Positions 9,089 to 19,955 of a stretch of DNA of 64,000 nucleotides are shown in pieces (position 1 is the first letter of the stretch; the number at the start of each line of letters is the position of its first letter). A program made the translations under genes and the position numbers. The DNA is from Marsupella aquatica (lineage: Eukaryota > Plantae > Marchantiophyta): positions 3,431,455 to 3,495,454 of the forward strand of contig OZ316899.1 of assembly GCA_973895155.1 (NCBI GenBank), in the 5' to 3' direction. The notes beneath the pieces are model-generated. The model saw only the letters and a program-made list of their open reading frames with translations, was not told the DNA's origin and did no database searches.

Positions 9089-12082
9089 ATGACTGACCTT
9101 ACGCCGAGGGAAGAAAGAGTGATTCAACGGGAGAGAGCTCGACTGCAGCAGCTCGCCGGGTGGCATGATACACAGCGACTGAGAGGGGCAGAAAGAGCTG
9201 GTAGCTCCGAAACTGGAAGTGGCGTCGAAGAAGACATACCAGAAGAAGAGTTGGTAAGGAGAAGTGAGTCTCCAACCGACATGGGGGAACCAGAGGCACG
9301 GCCAGACGAGAGGCTAGGGACCAGACTGAGCCAGCGGTCACGCATACATTACAAGGCATTTCATGGGAGAGGAGATGAGGATCCAGACGAATGGTTGGAT
9401 GATTTCGAGGGAACCGCTGCAGCAAATGGAGAATCGGCCATCAAGATGCAGATTCTTCCCGACCTGTTCAAGGGTGAGGCTAGGCCTTGGTACAGAGCAT
9501 TAGATGTGGAAGATCAAGCCATCTGGGATATCTTCAAAACACTCTTTCTTAAGGAGTTTCGACCCATTGGAACTTCAGAACTAGCAGTGCTGAAGTTGGG
9601 ACAACTTCGGTTCAAGGAGAACAAATCCTTCAGGAAGTTCTTGCAACGCTTTCAGAAACTGGTAAGACGTACAAAGACCAATGCATCTGAAGGTATGCAA
9701 CTTCAATGGTTGGTGAATGCTTTGCCACAGAAGATGAGTTTTGCAATTAGGAAGGAGAACCCAGAGACTTTAGCCGAAGCAATTAAGGATATTCAATTAT
9801 ACATTAATGCAGATATCACAAGCCGGAAGAAACAGCTTAAGTCTGAGAGTTCCTCATCAGAAGAGGGATCACCCCATAAGAAAAAAGATAAGAAGAAGAA
9901 ACATTCTAAGAAGTCTAGAAGTGATAACTCAAGCTCGGATAGTGGAAGTAGCAAGAGTGAGTCATCTTCTAGATCTGAAGAAGAAAAAACTACCAAAAGG
10001 AAGGGCAGAAGGAGAGGGAAGACGAAAGTCAAGCTGGAGGCTAAGCCACCAGATAACATCGTAGCCCTTACCGAGCAACTTAAGGCTATCATTGCAGAGG
10101 TAAAACCGAAGAAGAAGGTAGTACAGGAGGATAGCTCTGTATGGTGTGCCTTATGTTATAAAACCGGACACCATAAAGATGCGTGTCCTAAGCTTAATAC
10201 TAATCATGTTCAACATGTGGCCGAGATCAGACCATGTCAAGGAGAAGTAGAGTACTTTTTAGGAGATGCCGCTGATAGTGTTTTCGGCATCAGTGAGACT
10301 GGAGCACCAGACCTATCCAACCGACCTGCATCTCTATGGTCAGGGTTAAGGAACAATCCAGGAGAGATATATCCTCGGATTATTCAGAACCCGTCAGTAC
10401 CTCCTAGGCCAAATGTGCAAAGATTTGCGGCATGCTATAATTGTGGTCAACCTGGCCATTTCGCTAGAGAATGCCCGAATGCACGCAAACAGGGTGATGG
10501 ACAACCAGCTCAGCTATGTATGGGATGCCGACAGGAAGGTCATATGCTAGGGCAATGTCCTACTTGGTTGGCAGGCCTGGCCACAAATCATAAACTTTTG
10601 CCGGTCAAGATCTTACCGCCAGGTACTACCCCCGGAGGAGTTCAAATCAACCACATTGAACTAGGATGGCAAGAGGATGCCAAGGCAGAGTTTGTACCAT
10701 CTGATGATGAGGCCGAAGCCCTATCAACCTTCTCAGAAGAGGATTTAGATCATGATTGCTACCGGGTCTCTACTCGATCTACCAGAAGGAAGGAAAGGTG
10801 GGATGGGCTGGCCAAAAATAAAGGGAAGGTTACGGAGGAAAAGATCGACTCTTCGTCAACATCAACGGAAGGAGAAGGGAGGGCTCCGGCAATACAGGTA
10901 AGCCATGAGCCCACCAGTGAACCCAATCCTTCACAAGATAGCGACTTCAATCGAGATCATCCTAAGTTGTTCTACCCCTCTGTTACGGCTAGTGTTAAGG
11001 AACAACTAAGAGAATTAGAAACCCTGGAGAATACCGAAGCCATTGCCAAGGATGTAAAACGAGCAAAAGCATTGTTTGCTTCGGAGGACCCAATAGCTGT
11101 GGAGACTAGCGTGGCAAAACTGGCCGAATCCAAGATGGAGACACCACCAGAGGAGAAGCCAATTGTTCCCTATGACCTGGCTAAAGATGTACTAGAATCT
11201 AGAGTCTCGGCAACAGTAGGTCAACTATTGAAAAATAGCCCGTACTTCCGGAAGCAATTAAGGAAGGCTATTCTCGGCAAGCCGAGATTACCCAAGGTAG
11301 CAACCAGATCCGACGTACTAATGATAGAAGAAGATCAAGGAGCCCCAGCATTACCATTAATGATTCAAGGAGAATTATTACTACGGGTACCCATCGATGG
11401 AGGATCAGGGGTATGTATTATGATTGATTCAACAGCAAAAAGGTGGGGTCTAACACCGGAGATGACTGGAAGAGTGTTGAACATGGCCAATGGATATCAG
11501 GTCATTCCCACGGGAGTGTTAACCGGCATCAAGACAGAGATAGGAGGTATCTTCTTTAGCATTAACTATGTAGTAATGAAGCCGGTAAATCCTACGTCAT
11601 TCCGGCTATTGATTGGTAGGCCATGGCTGTACCTAGCCGAGGTAATAGAAGATTGGGGTAAAAAGCAGTTCACTTTCGGGACCCCCTCTATCACGGTATC
11701 CTGGGACACTAAGGATGACCGTAGGAAAAGCATAAGGGAAGCAGATGGGTACAACAGTGGACTGGAGTCAGCCGATGAAGTACGTTGGTTAGAATGCCTC
11801 ACTGACCTAACCGAAGAAAGTGTCTTTGGACCAGAGGTACCCCCCAGCGGATTATGGCAAGAACCAATGGAAGGTGACTTGGAAGAAGAAGACGAAGAGG
11901 TCGAGGACTGCTTTACAATAGAATCCACCTTTTTAGCTGCAATTCCGGAGGAAGTAAAGGATGTAGACCAATTGGATGAAACGGCTAAGTGGGGAGCAGT
12001 AGCAGGGACAGTGGATTTTCTGCAGGCGTTGTGGCAGAGCCGGCAGGGTTCACAACGCCATCGATCATCGGCAAGGAATTAA
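9089..12082 (+). CDS. gag: Gag-protease polyprotein (997 aa)
   Basis: Gag core (FHGRGDEDPDEWLDDFE), three CX2CX4HX4C knuckles, aspartic protease motif PIDGGSGV and flap LLIGRPWL. Confidence 0.93.
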   Translation: MTDLTPREERVIQRERARLQQLAGWHDTQRLRGAERAGSSETGSGVEEDIPEEELVRRSESPTDMGEPEARPDERLGTRLSQRSRIHYKAFHGRGDEDPDEWLDDFEGTAAANGESAIKMQILPDLFKGEARPWYRALDVEDQAIWDIFKTLFLKEFRPIGTSELAVLKLGQLRFKENKSFRKFLQRFQKLVRRTKTNASEGMQLQWLVNALPQKMSFAIRKENPETLAEAIKDIQLYINADITSRKKQLKSESSSSEEGSPHKKKDKKKKHSKKSRSDNSSSDSGSSKSESSSRSEEEKTTKRKGRRRGKTKVKLEAKPPDNIVALTEQLKAIIAEVKPKKKVVQEDSSVWCALCYKTGHHKDACPKLNTNHVQHVAEIRPCQGEVEYFLGDAADSVFGISETGAPDLSNRPASLWSGLRNNPGEIYPRIIQNPSVPPRPNVQRFAACYNCGQPGHFARECPNARKQGDGQPAQLCMGCRQEGHMLGQCPTWLAGLATNHKLLPVKILPPGTTPGGVQINHIELGWQEDAKAEFVPSDDEAEALSTFSEEDLDHDCYRVSTRSTRRKERWDGLAKNKGKVTEEKIDSSSTSTEGEGRAPAIQVSHEPTSEPNPSQDSDFNRDHPKLFYPSVTASVKEQLRELETLENTEAIAKDVKRAKALFASEDPIAVETSVAKLAESKMETPPEEKPIVPYDLAKDVLESRVSATVGQLLKNSPYFRKQLRKAILGKPRLPKVATRSDVLMIEEDQGAPALPLMIQGELLLRVPIDGGSGVCIMIDSTAKRWGLTPEMTGRVLNMANGYQVIPTGVLTGIKTEIGGIFFSINYVVMKPVNPTSFRLLIGRPWLYLAEVIEDWGKKQFTFGTPSITVSWDTKDDRRKSIREADGYNSGLESADEVRWLECLTDLTEESVFGPEVPPSGLWQEPMEGDLEEEDEEVEDCFTIESTFLAAIPEEVKDVDQLDETAKWGAVAGTVDFLQALWQSRQGSQRHRSSARN
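12013..12072 (+). promoter_or_regulatory. Putative -1 ribosomal frameshift signal
   Basis: G GAT TTT in the gag frame, 5-nt spacer, perfect 9-bp stem GGCGTTGTG/CACAACGCC; pol is in the -1 frame and open from 11980. Confidence 0.75.
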
Positions 12083-15000
12083 ATACCAAGGGATCGGCAT
12101 ACAAGCCGATTATGAGGGCAGAACAAATTGAGGCCCTATTAGAAGCCGGGAGAGCACAGCGGCCTGACTCTCAGGAGCAAGAGGTGGATGAGATGGACAG
12201 ACACAATCCAGAGCCAAGGCAGGAAGGGGAGCCGACCACCAATTCAAAACCGGATAGACCGGCAAGGGGACAATCTATGGACACCAAGGAAGGGACCGAC
12301 TCGGCTAGTCCAGCCGAGATTCCAGTTTATGGAGGTATGAGATTGGAGAGACTGGAAGCCGAACTGGACCCGAATTTGAAGAAGCAGATTAATATGATCC
12401 AAGCACGGCAATATCGGAAGCTCGACTTAGGAGAGGGAAGAGAACTGAACTTAGGGAGAAACCTAGCACCTGAGCTCGAGAAAGAGATCAGTGACTTATT
12501 GATTGAATTTCAGGATGTGTTTGCATGGAGTCACCAAGATCTAAAGGGAGTAGATCCAACACTAGGGGAACATTGAATTGATCTCATGTTAGGAGCCAAA
12601 TCATTTCGACAACCAATTCGAAGGATGAACCCGAAGTATTCCCTGCTGGTCAAAACGGAAATCGACAAACTAGTGGAAGCTGGATTCATCACTCCAGTCC
12701 TGCATTCAGACTGGGTGTCTCCAATTGTGATAGTTCCCAAGAAAGCTGGACCCGATGGTAAACCCAAGATCCGGGTTTGTCAGGATTACAGGAAGCTGAA
12801 TGAAGCAACATTAAAAGACCATTTTCCTTTACCGTTTACTGATATGGTACTAGACATGGTAGCCAGTCATGAACTATATTCATTCATGGATGGATACTCT
12901 GGTTATAACCAAATCAGGATTCGGCAGGAAGACCAAATCAAGACGGCCTTCATCACGGAATGGGGGATCTATGTCTTCAATCGTATGCCGTTTGGACTCT
13001 GCAACGCACCAGCTATGTTTCAACGATTAATGGTGAACATTTTTCATGATTACTTGAGAAAGTTCATGGAAATCTTCATTGATGACTTTGCAGTATTCGG
13101 GAAGGCATCGAAACATGCTAAATACCTCAGGAAAACCTTCATGAGATGTAGAGAGGTGGGTCTCAAGTTACACCCAGATAAATGTTTCTTTGCAGTAACC
13201 GAGGGGGTGCTACTAGGTCACAAGGTATCAAGGAAGGGCATTGAGATTGACAAAGGTAAGCTAGCAGTATGGCTAGATATCATGCAACCTAAGAACATAA
13301 AGGATGTAAGATCCTTCTTGGGATGCATTGGTTACTATCGCCGGTTCATCAAGGATTTTGCCAAGCTAGCTTTACCATTAACCAACATGCTCAAGGCAGG
13401 AGCAGACTTCGAACCCACACCCGAACAAGTCACAACGGTGGTAGAATTGAAGCAGATGTTAGTAGAGGCCCCAGTCATGATAGCACCGGACTGGAACAAA
13501 GATTTTCATGTTTTTGTAGATGTCTCGGGCTTCTGTATCGGCTCAGTACTAAGTCAGTTGGATGGAAAAGGAAGGGACCATCCCATATACTTCGCAAGCC
13601 GTCAGCTTGCCGATGCCGAACGGAACTACTCCACCACAGAGAGAGAAGCATTAGGAGTCATTTATTCTTGTAAAAAGTTTAGGCATTATTTACTAGGGTA
13701 CAAGGTAATCTTTCATACCGATCATGAAAGTTTGAAGTACCTAGTCAATAAGCCGGACCTTACAGGCAGAGTAGCAAGATGGATTTTGCTATTACAGGAG
13801 TTTGACTATGAGCTGAGAATCAAGCCGGGAAAGTTACATGCCAATGCCGACTTCTTTTCAAGGATCACAGGTAAACCAGCCACGGATTGCATCGATGATC
13901 GATTCCCCGACGAGGAGCTATTCATTGTGGAAATAGCTGGTACATGGTACCCTGAAATTTTACAATTTCTCAGCACTTCCAGATTACAGCCAGGATTAAG
14001 CCGAGAGCAAGCCGTAGTCTTTGTGCGGAAGGTCAGACAGTATCAGTGCATTAAAGGCATACTGCACAAGCATGGAATCAACGGCACGATTCAAAGATGT
14101 TTGGAAAAGAGAGAGGTAAAACGAGTCCTACGGGCCATGCATGGAGAGGAGGTCGGAGGACATTTTGCCCCAGTAACCACGTCTAAGAAGATATTAAATG
14201 CCGGTTACTGGTGGCCCACCTTGCACAAAGATGTCTATCAGTTTATCAAACAATGCGATCCTTGTCAACGAGCGGGAGGACCAAGGGCGTCCACCAGGCA
14301 TCCACTGCACCCTATTCTACCTCTGGCACCATTCGAGAAGTGGGGTATTGATTACATTGGACCTCTGAAACCACTGACCCACCCTCGACGGAACAAGTAC
14401 ATAATCCTGGCTACGGATTATGCAACTAAATGGGTAGAGGCCAGACCAACAACGAAGGATGATGCAATTACTACGGCTAGATTCATGTATGAGCAGATCT
14501 TCACCAGGTATGGAGCACCCCTAGAATTAGTTAGTGATAGAGGAACCCATTTTTTGAATGATATAATTAGTCGTTTAAATGAGCAGTATTTAGTTAAACA
14601 TAGGCCTACTACTCCCTACCATCCAAAGGCAAACGGGTTGACAGAACGAGCAAACGGAATTATAGGAAAGATATTGAACAAAACAGTAGCTCAGAACAAA
14701 CTTGATTGGGATGATAAATTGTTTGCTGCTGTTTTTGCTTACAATCTTGCCTATAAATCCACTACCGGTCATACACCCTTCTTCTTAACCTTTGGACAAG
14801 AAGCCCTGGTACCCATGCAACTTGAGATACCGACATTTCAAGTTACAATTGAGGAAAGAGCCTCAGCGGAGGAGAGCCTAAAGGAGCGAGAATATAGGTT
14901 AGAAGCTTTAGAGGAAGCGAGAATGATTTCAGCCGAGAGAGTAGAATATAGACAGAATATCATGAAGCAGCAGTATGATAAAAAGTTGAAAGTAGTTAGT

Positions 15001-15230
15001 ATTCATACCGGTGATCTTGTGCTACTTTATGACAGTAGGTATAGTAGGTTTCCAGGAAAGCTTTACACTCGCTGGTTAGGACCCTTTAGAGTAACCATGA
15101 TGTTCCCCAATGGCTCCGTACAATTGGCCGACATTACGGGAGAGGTATATCCAGTTCGCATCCATTATGACCGCCTCAAGAAATACTATATGGACGAAGA
15201 TGAAGTTGTTCGCGAGGACGCTTCACAATT

Positions 15231-15243
15231 AAGTGGGGAGCTA
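15231..15243 (+). promoter_or_regulatory. Polypurine tract
   Basis: AAGTGGGGAG-CTA directly before the TGTGATG LTR start. Confidence 0.85.
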
Positions 15244-18200
15244 TGTGATGCCTAGACAGGAATCACTCGGCCAGTTAAGTGGGTAAAGCAGGAAGGCACC
15301 CTAGGAACACCTTAGTATAGGGACAAAACAAGGAAAATATAAACAATTAGGGGCAACCATGGAACCCGGGCCGAGGCCGGAGGTAAGGACGCTGAGGGTG
15401 AAAACCCGATTAGGGTTAGGGCGCGTTAAGCGTCGGCGGCTAGGAAGGATCAACGGGAAGAAGGACCGGCAGAGGAGAGGGGTAAGGAGCGCTTGCAGGA
15501 GATGGTGGCTCATTTGCGAGCACGAACTAGGCAGACGACTACGGGAGGCCAACTACTGTCAGCTGCTTAGGCAAGCACTCGGGGAGAGAGTAGATACCGA
15601 CGATCGACCTAAGGAGGGTATGAGCAACGTCAATCAAGCGGCACATTTCTGGGGATGCTTGTTCGAACGGGCAACTGAGTACATCAAGACTTACCAGGAC
15701 GAGGAATCAGAAAGGGCAGCTCGAGAACGGCAGGAGCTCGCTCGATTGTGGGAGCTGCAGAAGACGGCTTTCTTAGGAGGCGAACTCATCAAGGACGAGT
15801 TCCTGTGGACGCCTACTTCCAATCAACTCGACGATCTTCTGTTTTGCAAAGACAGCGTCGTCGGCATCCGAGAGGCCATCAAGAACTACAACGACATACA
15901 CTGGGAATTAAAGGGAAGCACGGAAAGGTGGACCCAGGCAACGGTGCTAGGAGAAACCTCCACGGCAGCAGAGATGAAGAGGAAGGGAGCCGTCAACGAT
16001 GAAGCCACCCCGGCAAAAAGAACGAGGTCGGCGGCACCAAAGAAGCCAGCCGAGCAGCAGAGCAGGAGGCAAGGAGAAGCCGAAGAGGAGGAGGTCGATC
16101 CCATCAAGGCCATTCCAACCAGGGATGACACCTGGAAGGGCTGGGCGGCAACCCTACCGGTGGAGGTGCAACTACATTTTGCACGGGAGGAGGATGCATG
16201 CTTCACGGCCATGCAGACCAAGAAGTACCAAGGCTTCATGGCCGGATCCGGCTTAGAGGCCTTTGTAAGATTACCATGGCTGAAGCCGGAGGTACCGGAG
16301 TCAGACCTATTAGAATTCGTGGGGTCATGGGAACCCGAGACCAATTGCACGAGGATATATGGGAAGGATTTCTATCTTACTCCCAAGGTAATTGCCGAAG
16401 TGTTTGGCTTGCCGATAGGCAATAAGACCAAAGTTGATACCAGGAAGACCTTGCCTGACAAGGAGTTCCGGTCGTTCCCTGGGCCATCAACGAAGAATGG
16501 CTTCTTCCGGAACACCTGCACCAACCCGCACATAGGAGAGATGATCGACTTCTTGCGGGTGACCATGCATTGTAACTTGCCGAGGGCAGAGATCGGCAAG
16601 GCACAGGTCTATCTGGCAGAAAGGCCAGACCCAAGCCGGGACTACAACGGGTACCTCCTCAACCAATTGAAGAAGATCTTAAAGGAGGAGCAGCAGGTAA
16701 TCGGCATGGGGAGCGTGTCACGGCTTGGCTATCACATGCCGCTGTTGTGCCGGTATGCCAGAGGTCAGACTTTTGCCCCTGTACTTCCCCTGCAGGTAAG
16801 GGCACCCGAGGAAGCTCCAACGCCGAGGCCGTTGGCTGAGAAGCCTCAACCACCTGTTAGCCCTACGATCGAGCAGGTGTTTAGGCCCAGGAAGGAGGAC
16901 TTGCCGATGCAGCAACCAGGCATGCAGAGTCTGCTGAAACTACTGGAGAAAGAAAAGAAATCGGCATCGGCAACAACAACGGCAACGGCAACAATGCAGG
17001 ACACTACTACAGAGGTAGGCCTACACCGGCTCACAAGAGAAAACCCCTTTGCTGGAGACAAGGAGAGAATCAGGCCAGAATCCAAGCCAGGTGTTCGAAT
17101 GTACGTGGGAACCTCAAGCTCCGAATCTGAGGCAGAATTGCCTGAAGCTCTTACCGACGAAGAGGAGAGGGAGAAGCCGGACGTCCAAGAGGTAGAGGAG
17201 GCAGTGGAGGACTGCAGCCATGATAATTCCGGCTATGGGTCGGACCATCACGTTCCAGGAGTAAGGATCTGTGGCCGGTTTGTCCCCACACTTCCAAGGG
17301 TAGTGCAAGGGGACCCCAACCAGCAGAGTAGCCCTGAGTCTCCCCCACTAGATGTTGCTCCCCCGAGCTTCGACGGCATAAAACAGACGGTGCAGGAATT
17401 TCAGGAGCGAATCAGGCAGGAAGAGGAGGCAGCCCTGGCTAAGGAAAAGGATTTACCAGGAGGAGATTGGCCGGAGGACATCAGGCGGCTAGCCAAAAAA
17501 GGAAGCAAACCTCTAGCCACGATTGAAGAGATCCGCAGGACGGCTTGGGAGCAGAGGCCGCGATGGGCGATGCCGATCACTTCTACTTACTCCACCTACG
17601 CTAAGAATAGAGCCATGGAGTATGGTGAGATGTGTGGGGAACTTGCGCTCGGCATCTTTGGAGAGGAGTTGGAGGTAGGACCCTTTTTCCATAGGGAGCA
17701 GTTGGAGAAGCACCAATTAGAAGAAGCGGTGGCTTTAGAGAGAAGCAAGAAGGACGAGGTCATTCGGCGGCTTAGGAGGATGGAAGCCGAGATTGAAGAT
17801 CTAAGGGCGGCCAAGAAAGCCCAAGATGAACTGCGGATTAAACGACATGAGCTGAACATCATGCAGGGGCAGTTGGACACCGCGCAGGCTGATAATCAGA
17901 ATATCAAGGATAAACTGACTCAGACGCAGGGAGAGTTGGCCGACACAATCAAAGAGAGGGAGAAGTGGAAGCAAGAGCTGAAGAATACAGAGGAGGCCCA
18001 CATAACAGCCAACAGCCGGGCCATGGCGGAGACCCAAAGAAAGGAATGGGCGTTGAAAGGGGAGCTCGAGAAAATCCGCGGAGCCCTTGAGCAGAAGGAG
18101 GCCGAGTTAGGGAAATCCTATCAAGGGATTATGGCGCTGCAGCAGGAGCTTGCGTCCCTGACGGCCAGCTTCAAGGCCGACCTAAGGGAGAAGGACGAGA

Positions 18201-19907
18201 TGCTCGAACAGACTTACGCCAAGATGAACCAGATGGAGTCTGTCATCATTGCAGAGCTCGACAAGGAGCTAAGAGCAACCCAGGTGGAGAGGACTACCTT
18301 GAAACAAGAACGGGAGGAAGCCCAGAAGGAACTAGAGGAGGCGCGCAAGGACCTGGATGAGACCCAGGAGGAGTTGGAGGAAATCACGAGGAAGATGGAG
18401 AACCTCCAGAGGCGGGCCGACAACCAAACGGAGCGGCTGAAGAAACAAGCCGCAGTATTTAAGTGCTTGTCTTCATCAGGCCCAACTCCAATTGGGGCAA
18501 CCAAGTTACCAGGAGTGGTACTGGCCGAAGAAAAAGCCGCGCCAACTGCACCAGTGCCGGAAGTAAGTGGGAAGGGGAAGGGACCAGTTGCCAAAAACAG
18601 AAAAGAAGAAAAAGCGGAAACCTTCAGGGTCAAGGAGTAATCCGACTCCACAAGCCGTGGTGACCAAAGAGGTAGAACCAGCACCATCCTCCGGCATGAA
18701 TACAACAATATATCCCGCTATCATCACAGGTGGGGGTGGTGCGGCCCAAGCCGAACTACTCAGTAATGAGGCCGGTATTCCAGATCCGCCTCTTGAGCAG
18801 GCCGGGGAGACCGTAGCCGAGGCTGAGGCCGTAACCGATTCCCGAGCCGATGCCGACGCCGATGGTGGACCCAGTCAGGCCGATGGAGAGTTGACTCAGT
18901 CAAGGGCAGGTAATCTGTCAGGGAATGAGCCTACGGCAGTGGCTGAGGAGGAAGCGTTGGGGGCGTCCATTAAGGATCCACCACCGGTGTCGTGACGGTG
19001 CAAGGGCACCGTTCCTTTTAGGGAGGGCGGACGTGGAGGGAGGAGGCGTGAGTGGGCAGGGCGGGCGCGGATCTCCACGTTTAGGATTAGGATCAGAACC
19101 AGGAGCGGCCCTGACACTTAGCTTAGTGGGATTGCGGTCCCACTGGTAGGAGCAACACTTGTGCTCCTGCCTTGCTGTACATAGGTAGATTCAGGCAAGT
19201 AGATTACTGTTAAGTAGATTAGGCTTACGATGCAAAGAATGGCGGATCCACTACCAGGATAAGTACCTGGGCAGCGGGGAGCTCAGGGCCTCTTCTTTAG
19301 CAAGTTTTTAGTTTGCACCAGCCGGGCTGGGATCAAGTAGTACGAGAAGCTCTCGGTTAGTCATACAATGACCCTTGTGTATATTCATGTTTCCTCATGC
19401 CTAAGAGCTGAATAGAGTTGGCCTCACGGCTTAGTTCGCAGAACTTGTGTATGAGATGTACTGTTTGTATGGCAAGTGCATGGTATGGCTCAGTCAGAAT
19501 GAGTCATTTTGGTATTTGTGTGTCGCATTAACTTGTGTGAAGAGTGCCCACATCAACCAGAAGGAAGGAAAGTAAGCAGGGGAGTGAGAGTTGGATGTGT
19601 CGAGCTGAGAGAGGTCTTAGCGGCTTAACCAAGCCTATTGGGGATCATTCCGGCGGTGGAATCCAAACATACCTAACAAGACGGAGGGGAAGACAGGGGA
19701 AGGCCTAGATTAGGCCGGCTACGTATCTCATGACCCGATGAAGGATCTGTCCAGTATATGTGTATAAAATGTTAATAGTAGTAGTAGAAGGTTAGCAGCG
19801 TCCCATGCCGCTAAGCCGCGGAAATGGCCTCGCCAAGCGCGAAACCCGTGGGAATCGGCTTGAGCTGGGGGGTTTCTTGGGTTTAGGGAGCCATGGGACG
19901 CACCACA
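15244..19907 (+). repeat. 3' LTR of A copy 1 (4664 bp)
   Basis: Starts after the PPT with the same TGTGATGCC as 5319; ends GCACCACA. Confidence 0.93.
15359..18640 (+). CDS. LTR-encoded ORF (1093 aa; +1 frameshift near 18595, C-terminus at 18567-18995)
   Basis: Long ORF inside the LTR; one extra A relative to the 1211-aa copy (GCCAAAAACAG vs GCCGAACCAG). Confidence 0.85.
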   Translation: MEPGPRPEVRTLRVKTRLGLGRVKRRRLGRINGKKDRQRRGVRSACRRWWLICEHELGRRLREANYCQLLRQALGERVDTDDRPKEGMSNVNQAAHFWGCLFERATEYIKTYQDEESERAARERQELARLWELQKTAFLGGELIKDEFLWTPTSNQLDDLLFCKDSVVGIREAIKNYNDIHWELKGSTERWTQATVLGETSTAAEMKRKGAVNDEATPAKRTRSAAPKKPAEQQSRRQGEAEEEEVDPIKAIPTRDDTWKGWAATLPVEVQLHFAREEDACFTAMQTKKYQGFMAGSGLEAFVRLPWLKPEVPESDLLEFVGSWEPETNCTRIYGKDFYLTPKVIAEVFGLPIGNKTKVDTRKTLPDKEFRSFPGPSTKNGFFRNTCTNPHIGEMIDFLRVTMHCNLPRAEIGKAQVYLAERPDPSRDYNGYLLNQLKKILKEEQQVIGMGSVSRLGYHMPLLCRYARGQTFAPVLPLQVRAPEEAPTPRPLAEKPQPPVSPTIEQVFRPRKEDLPMQQPGMQSLLKLLEKEKKSASATTTATATMQDTTTEVGLHRLTRENPFAGDKERIRPESKPGVRMYVGTSSSESEAELPEALTDEEEREKPDVQEVEEAVEDCSHDNSGYGSDHHVPGVRICGRFVPTLPRVVQGDPNQQSSPESPPLDVAPPSFDGIKQTVQEFQERIRQEEEAALAKEKDLPGGDWPEDIRRLAKKGSKPLATIEEIRRTAWEQRPRWAMPITSTYSTYAKNRAMEYGEMCGELALGIFGEELEVGPFFHREQLEKHQLEEAVALERSKKDEVIRRLRRMEAEIEDLRAAKKAQDELRIKRHELNIMQGQLDTAQADNQNIKDKLTQTQGELADTIKEREKWKQELKNTEEAHITANSRAMAETQRKEWALKGELEKIRGALEQKEAELGKSYQGIMALQQELASLTASFKADLREKDEMLEQTYAKMNQMESVIIAELDKELRATQVERTTLKQEREEAQKELEEARKDLDETQEELEEITRKMENLQRRADNQTERLKKQAAVFKCLSSSGPTPIGATKLPGVVLAEEKAAPTAPVPEVSGKGKGPVAKNRKEEKAETFRVKE

Positions 19908-19955
19908 CGCAGTTAGACCGAATCACTCATTAACCGCCGTACCGGTGGCGTCACA
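19908..19955 (-). mobile_element. Duplicated 48-bp B LTR start
   Basis: Same as 3669-3716. Confidence 0.92.

Larger units (their letters stand above)
12013..15255 (+). pseudogene. pol: pol (RT-RNase H-integrase) of A copy 1 with one premature stop at 12574
   Basis: RT (CQDYRKLN, KDHFPLPF, EIFIDDF), RH (FVDVSG, TEREAL, HTDH), INT (HHCC, WGIDYIG, VSDRG, GLTER, GPF); CGA>TGA relative to other copies. Confidence 0.93.
5319..19907 (+). mobile_element. Ty3/gypsy LTR retrotransposon, family A copy 1 (recombinant, no TSD)
   Basis: Order LTR-PBS-gag/PR-RT-RH-INT-PPT-LTR, with INT after RH. Flanks AAACG and CGCAG do not form a TSD, and the two LTRs are different variants. Confidence 0.93.

Noticed and set aside
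14990-15255. Chromodomain at the integrase end, or a Tat-type second RNase H
   Set aside because: Neither is visible; INT ends after the GPF module and RH runs straight into the INT zinc finger. Lineage left as non-chromoviral, Athila/Tat-related.
15359-18995. Extra ORF as an internal env-like gene between pol and a short 3' LTR
   Set aside because: The same sequence starts at 5319, 21560 and 53919 directly against unrelated flank with TG termini and a TSD, so it is LTR; there is also no signal peptide or transmembrane segment.
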